This document shows positions 61,237 through 64,000 of a stretch of DNA of 64,000 nucleotides, in pieces. A model generated the notes under the pieces. That model was not told the origin of the DNA. It did no database searches and saw only the letters and a program-made list of their open reading frames with translations. Position 1 is the stretch's first letter. Each line of letters begins with the position of its first letter. A program made the translations under genes and the position numbers. The stretch is from assembly GCA_963847445.1 (NCBI GenBank), contig CAWJZV010000009.1, forward strand, positions 1 to 64,000, read 5' to 3'. Source of the DNA: an uncultured delta proteobacterium. GTDB taxonomy: Bacteria > Desulfobacterota > Binatia > UBA9968.

Positions 61237-62369
61237 TCAGCCGCAGAGAAGTTCGGTGGCGCGTTTAACAACCGCGAGCGCCGATTTTACTTCGGTCGTT
61301 GTATTTACGGCATCCAGCGAAAAGCGGACCATCTGCCGTGACGCGGCGGAATCGGGTTTCATAGCTCGGATGACATGTGACGGTTCATCGGAAGCAGCCA
61401 GGCAGGCCGAGCCGCACGAGGCGCAGATGCCTTCTTTGTCGAGCAGGATGAGCAGCGCTTCGGATTCAATGCCGTGAAACGAGATGTTTGTAGTATTGGA
61501 CAGGCGTTGAGTCTTGTCACCGTTCAATTCCGTATTCGGAATCCTCTCAAGAATTCCTTCTTCCAAAGCATCCCTTAGCGGGCGCACTTTCTTACCGTAC
61601 CCTGGAAGAGTTTTGTTGGCCAATTCGGCAGCTTTGCCCATCCCGGCAATCAGGGGAACGCTTTCCGTTCCGCCGCGGAGGTTACGTTCTTGATGACCGC
61701 CATGGATAAACGATGTCATCGGGGTTTTGCGCTTCACGTAAACCGCGCCGATGCCTTTCGGAGCATGGAATTTGTGGGCAGTGAGCGAAAGATAGTTGAT
61801 CGGGAGAGTTCGGAGGTTAATGTCAACCTTACCGGCCGCCTGAACGGCGTCGCAGTGATAAAGCACGCCACGCGACTCGCATATCTCAGCGATCTCTTTA
61901 ACAGGGAACAGTACTCCAGTTTCGTTGTTAGCCCACATGAGCGAAACGATCGCAGTCTCGTCCGTGATAGCGTTTTCTAAGTCAGCAAGTCTTGAGCAAG
62001 CCTTCTCGGTCAACAGGCAAATAAGTGACTCGGTATCCTTCGGTCTCCAATACCATACAGTAGTTCAGAACTGAGGAGTGTTCCACAGCCGAAGTAATGA
62101 TGTGCCGTTTGTTCGGATTGGCCTTCAACGCCGCGTGGATGGCGGTGTTGTTGCTCTCGGTTGCGCAGGAAGTGAAGATCACTTCCATCGGGTGCGCACC
62201 GATTAAGCCGGCCACTTGCTCCCGCGCAGTTTCAATCGCCGTCTTTGATCTTGTAGCCAAACTTGTACGTGCTCGACGGATTGCCCCACTCCGTCGTGAA
62301 GTAAGGCATCATGGCCTCCAGCACTTCAGGCAGTACCGGAGTCGTCGCGTTGTAGTCCAGGTAAATCAT
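61237..62369 (-). CDS. cysteine desulfurase (IscS/NifS/DndA type), frameshifts near 62245 and 61990
   Basis: [53 protein letters not shown] spread over three frames. Confidence 0.88.
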
Positions 62370-62435
62370 GGGATGGGATTGAGTGAACGGATATAGGTTT
62401 TCTAACTGGTTTTTCTTCCCGTGGCAATTAATTGT

Positions 62436-63410
62436 TTAAATTGCGGCGAAGAACCGCATGATTCGCTGTAACAGCCAATCCAACGATCCTGGAAACTTTC
62501 CTGATACAAAGCCGACATGGCCGCCTGAATCAGGAGATTCTAACGTTACTGATCCAGAAAGTTCCGCGTCCGTCGGCAGCGCCGACGCCGGCAGGAACGG
62601 ATCGTTTTGCGCGTTGATCATCAACGTCGGCACGCAAATATTTTTAAGCCAGGGCTTGCTGCTCGCTCTGGTCCAGTAGTCGTCGGCGTCTTTGAAGCCG
62701 TGCATCGGCGCGGTGTAGATATCGTCGAACTGGCGGAAGGTCGAGCAAGCGTGCATCGCTGCAGGATCGATGTCGAGCCCATGCTGAGAAATCTTCGCCA
62801 GCACTTTTCCCTTCAGCGAGCGGAGAAAACGGCGCGTGTAAATCGCTCGCCTGTAGCCAAAATCCAACAGCGCCGCCGCGGCATGCAAGTCCACCGGCGC
62901 TGACACCGCCACCGCGCCATTGACGATGGCGGCAGCCGCATCGGCCTGTTCACCCAACCATTTGAGCAGCATATTGCCGCCAAGCGAGACGCCGACGACA
63001 TAGATTTCGCATTCGGGATTTTCGCGCTTGAGCCGGCGCAGGATCCAGTCGATCTCGGCGGCATCGCCGGAGTGATAGGCGCGCGGCAGCTTATTGCTCT
63101 CGCCGCCGCATCCGCGAAAGTGCGGCACCACGCCGCGCCAGCCTCGCTGCTGCGCCATTGTCATAAAACTCATTGCATAGTGACTGCGCGAACAACCTTC
63201 AAGACCGTGAAACAACACCAGCACCGTTGAATCCGTAGCAACGGCTCGGGTCCAATCGAGGTCGATGAAATCACCATCCGGCGCCGCCCAACGTTCGCGC
63301 CGATACTGCACCGGGTATCGCCGCGCGAGCCTGCGCGCGTAAATGGTTTGCAAGTTCCCGCCCGGCAACCACGAGGGCGGCGCGTAAGTGGAACTTACTG
63401 ACAAACCCAT
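62436..63410 (-). CDS. YheT-family alpha/beta hydrolase (start uncertain)
   Basis: LQTIY, DGDFIDLDW, HGLEG, YHSG, GVSLGG, NDPF, GGHVGF. Confidence 0.9.
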   Translation of the reverse strand: MGLSVSSTYAPPSWLPGGNLQTIYARRLARRYPVQYRRERWAAPDGDFIDLDWTRAVATDSTVLVLFHGLEGCSRSHYAMSFMTMAQQRGWRGVVPHFRGCGGESNKLPRAYHSGDAAEIDWILRRLKRENPECEIYVVGVSLGGNMLLKWLGEQADAAAAIVNGAVAVSAPVDLHAAAALLDFGYRRAIYTRRFLRSLKGKVLAKISQHGLDIDPAAMHACSTFRQFDDIYTAPMHGFKDADDYWTRASSKPWLKNICVPTLMINAQNDPFLPASALPTDAELSGSVTLESPDSGGHVGFVSGKFPGSLDWLLQRIMRFFAAI

Positions 63411-63437
63411 TTTCTGGTTAGGAGTTGGGTCGGTCAT

Positions 63438-63481
63438 CTGGACGATTTGAACATTTTGAACGGCTGGAACGATTTGAACGC
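63438..63481. repeat. degenerate 9-bp tandem repeat
   Basis: Minus strand CGTTCAAAT-CGTTCCAGC-CGTTCAAAA-TGTTCAAAT-CGTCCAG. Confidence 0.6.
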
Positions 63482-63483
63482 GT

Positions 63484-64000
63484 TTATTTCTTCCCCAGCT
63501 CCGGCGGCACGAAGCCATGGCGCAAAGTATTTTCCGAGATCGTCCGCGGTTCGACAAACTGCAAGAGGTAATCCGGGCCGCCGGCTTTGGAGCCGATGCC
63601 GGAGAGTTTCAAACCACCGAAGGGTTGCCGTTCAACCACGGCGCCGGTGATGCCGCGATTGATGTAGAGATTGCCGACGCGAAACTCTTTGCGCGCTTGC
63701 TCGATGTGCGCCGGCGAGCGCGAAAAGATACCGCCGGTCAGGGCAAATTGCGAGTCGTTGGCGATGGCCAGCGCCTGGGCGAAATTTTTCGCCTTGATGA
63801 CCGCCAGCACCGGGCCGAAAATTTCTTCCTGGGCGATGCGGCTGCGCGGATCGACGTCACGAAAGATCGCCGGACCGACGAAGTAGCCGTCCTTGGGCGC
63901 GGCCATTTCGAGTACGCACTTCGCTTCTTGCTTGCCGATCTCGATGTATTCGGCGATGCGCCGTTGCGCCGCGCCATCGATCACCGGTCCAAGCGAATTG
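63484..64000 (-). CDS. putA: C-terminus of delta-1-pyrroline-5-carboxylate dehydrogenase / PutA (partial, runs off window)
   Basis: QEEIFGPVL, GNLYINRGITGAVVERQPFGG, KAGGPDYL. Confidence 0.85.
   Translation of the reverse strand, partial: NSLGPVIDGAAQRRIAEYIEIGKQEAKCVLEMAAPKDGYFVGPAIFRDVDPRSRIAQEEIFGPVLAVIKAKNFAQALAIANDSQFALTGGIFSRSPAHIEQARKEFRVGNLYINRGITGAVVERQPFGGLKLSGIGSKAGGPDYLLQFVEPRTISENTLRHGFVPPELGKK

Overview
GC-rich bacterial chromosome segment. Gene order and repertoire (kdsB-pyrG-kdsA-kdsD-kdsC-lptCAB-rpoN-ptsN-rapZ-ptsH-metK-ahcY, many orphan solute-binding proteins, amidohydrolases and diiron proteins) suggest a deltaproteobacterium-like lineage such as Candidatus Binatia; this is inference. 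Most of the window is housekeeping or catabolic: tRNA-Gly(CCC), an ECF sigma/anti-sigma pair, molybdenum-cofactor genes, coxSMG, glmUS, hemW and a partial putA. About ten single-base indels break otherwise intact genes, including glmU and lptC, so the contig probably carries long-read errors and frameshifts here are not evidence of pseudogenes. Best candidate for an undescribed system: a four-gene operon (35258-38983) encoding a cysteine-dioxygenase-like cupin, a divergent asparaginase-fold protein, an atypical Co-type nitrile-hydratase alpha subunit with an internally repeated N-terminal extension, and only the SH3 half of a beta subunit. Other highlights are a ~118-bp three-hairpin element in three copies (two bracketing the tRNA), a 6S-like RNA candidate, an inverted sigma54 site next to the rpoN-operon promoter, nested palindromic repeats, and an AT-richer island with an SBD-HNH nuclease, a cysteine desulfurase and a DUF6883/DUF4926-like pair. 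No CRISPR array, rRNA or intact transposase was seen. All family assignments come from motif recognition, not database searches.
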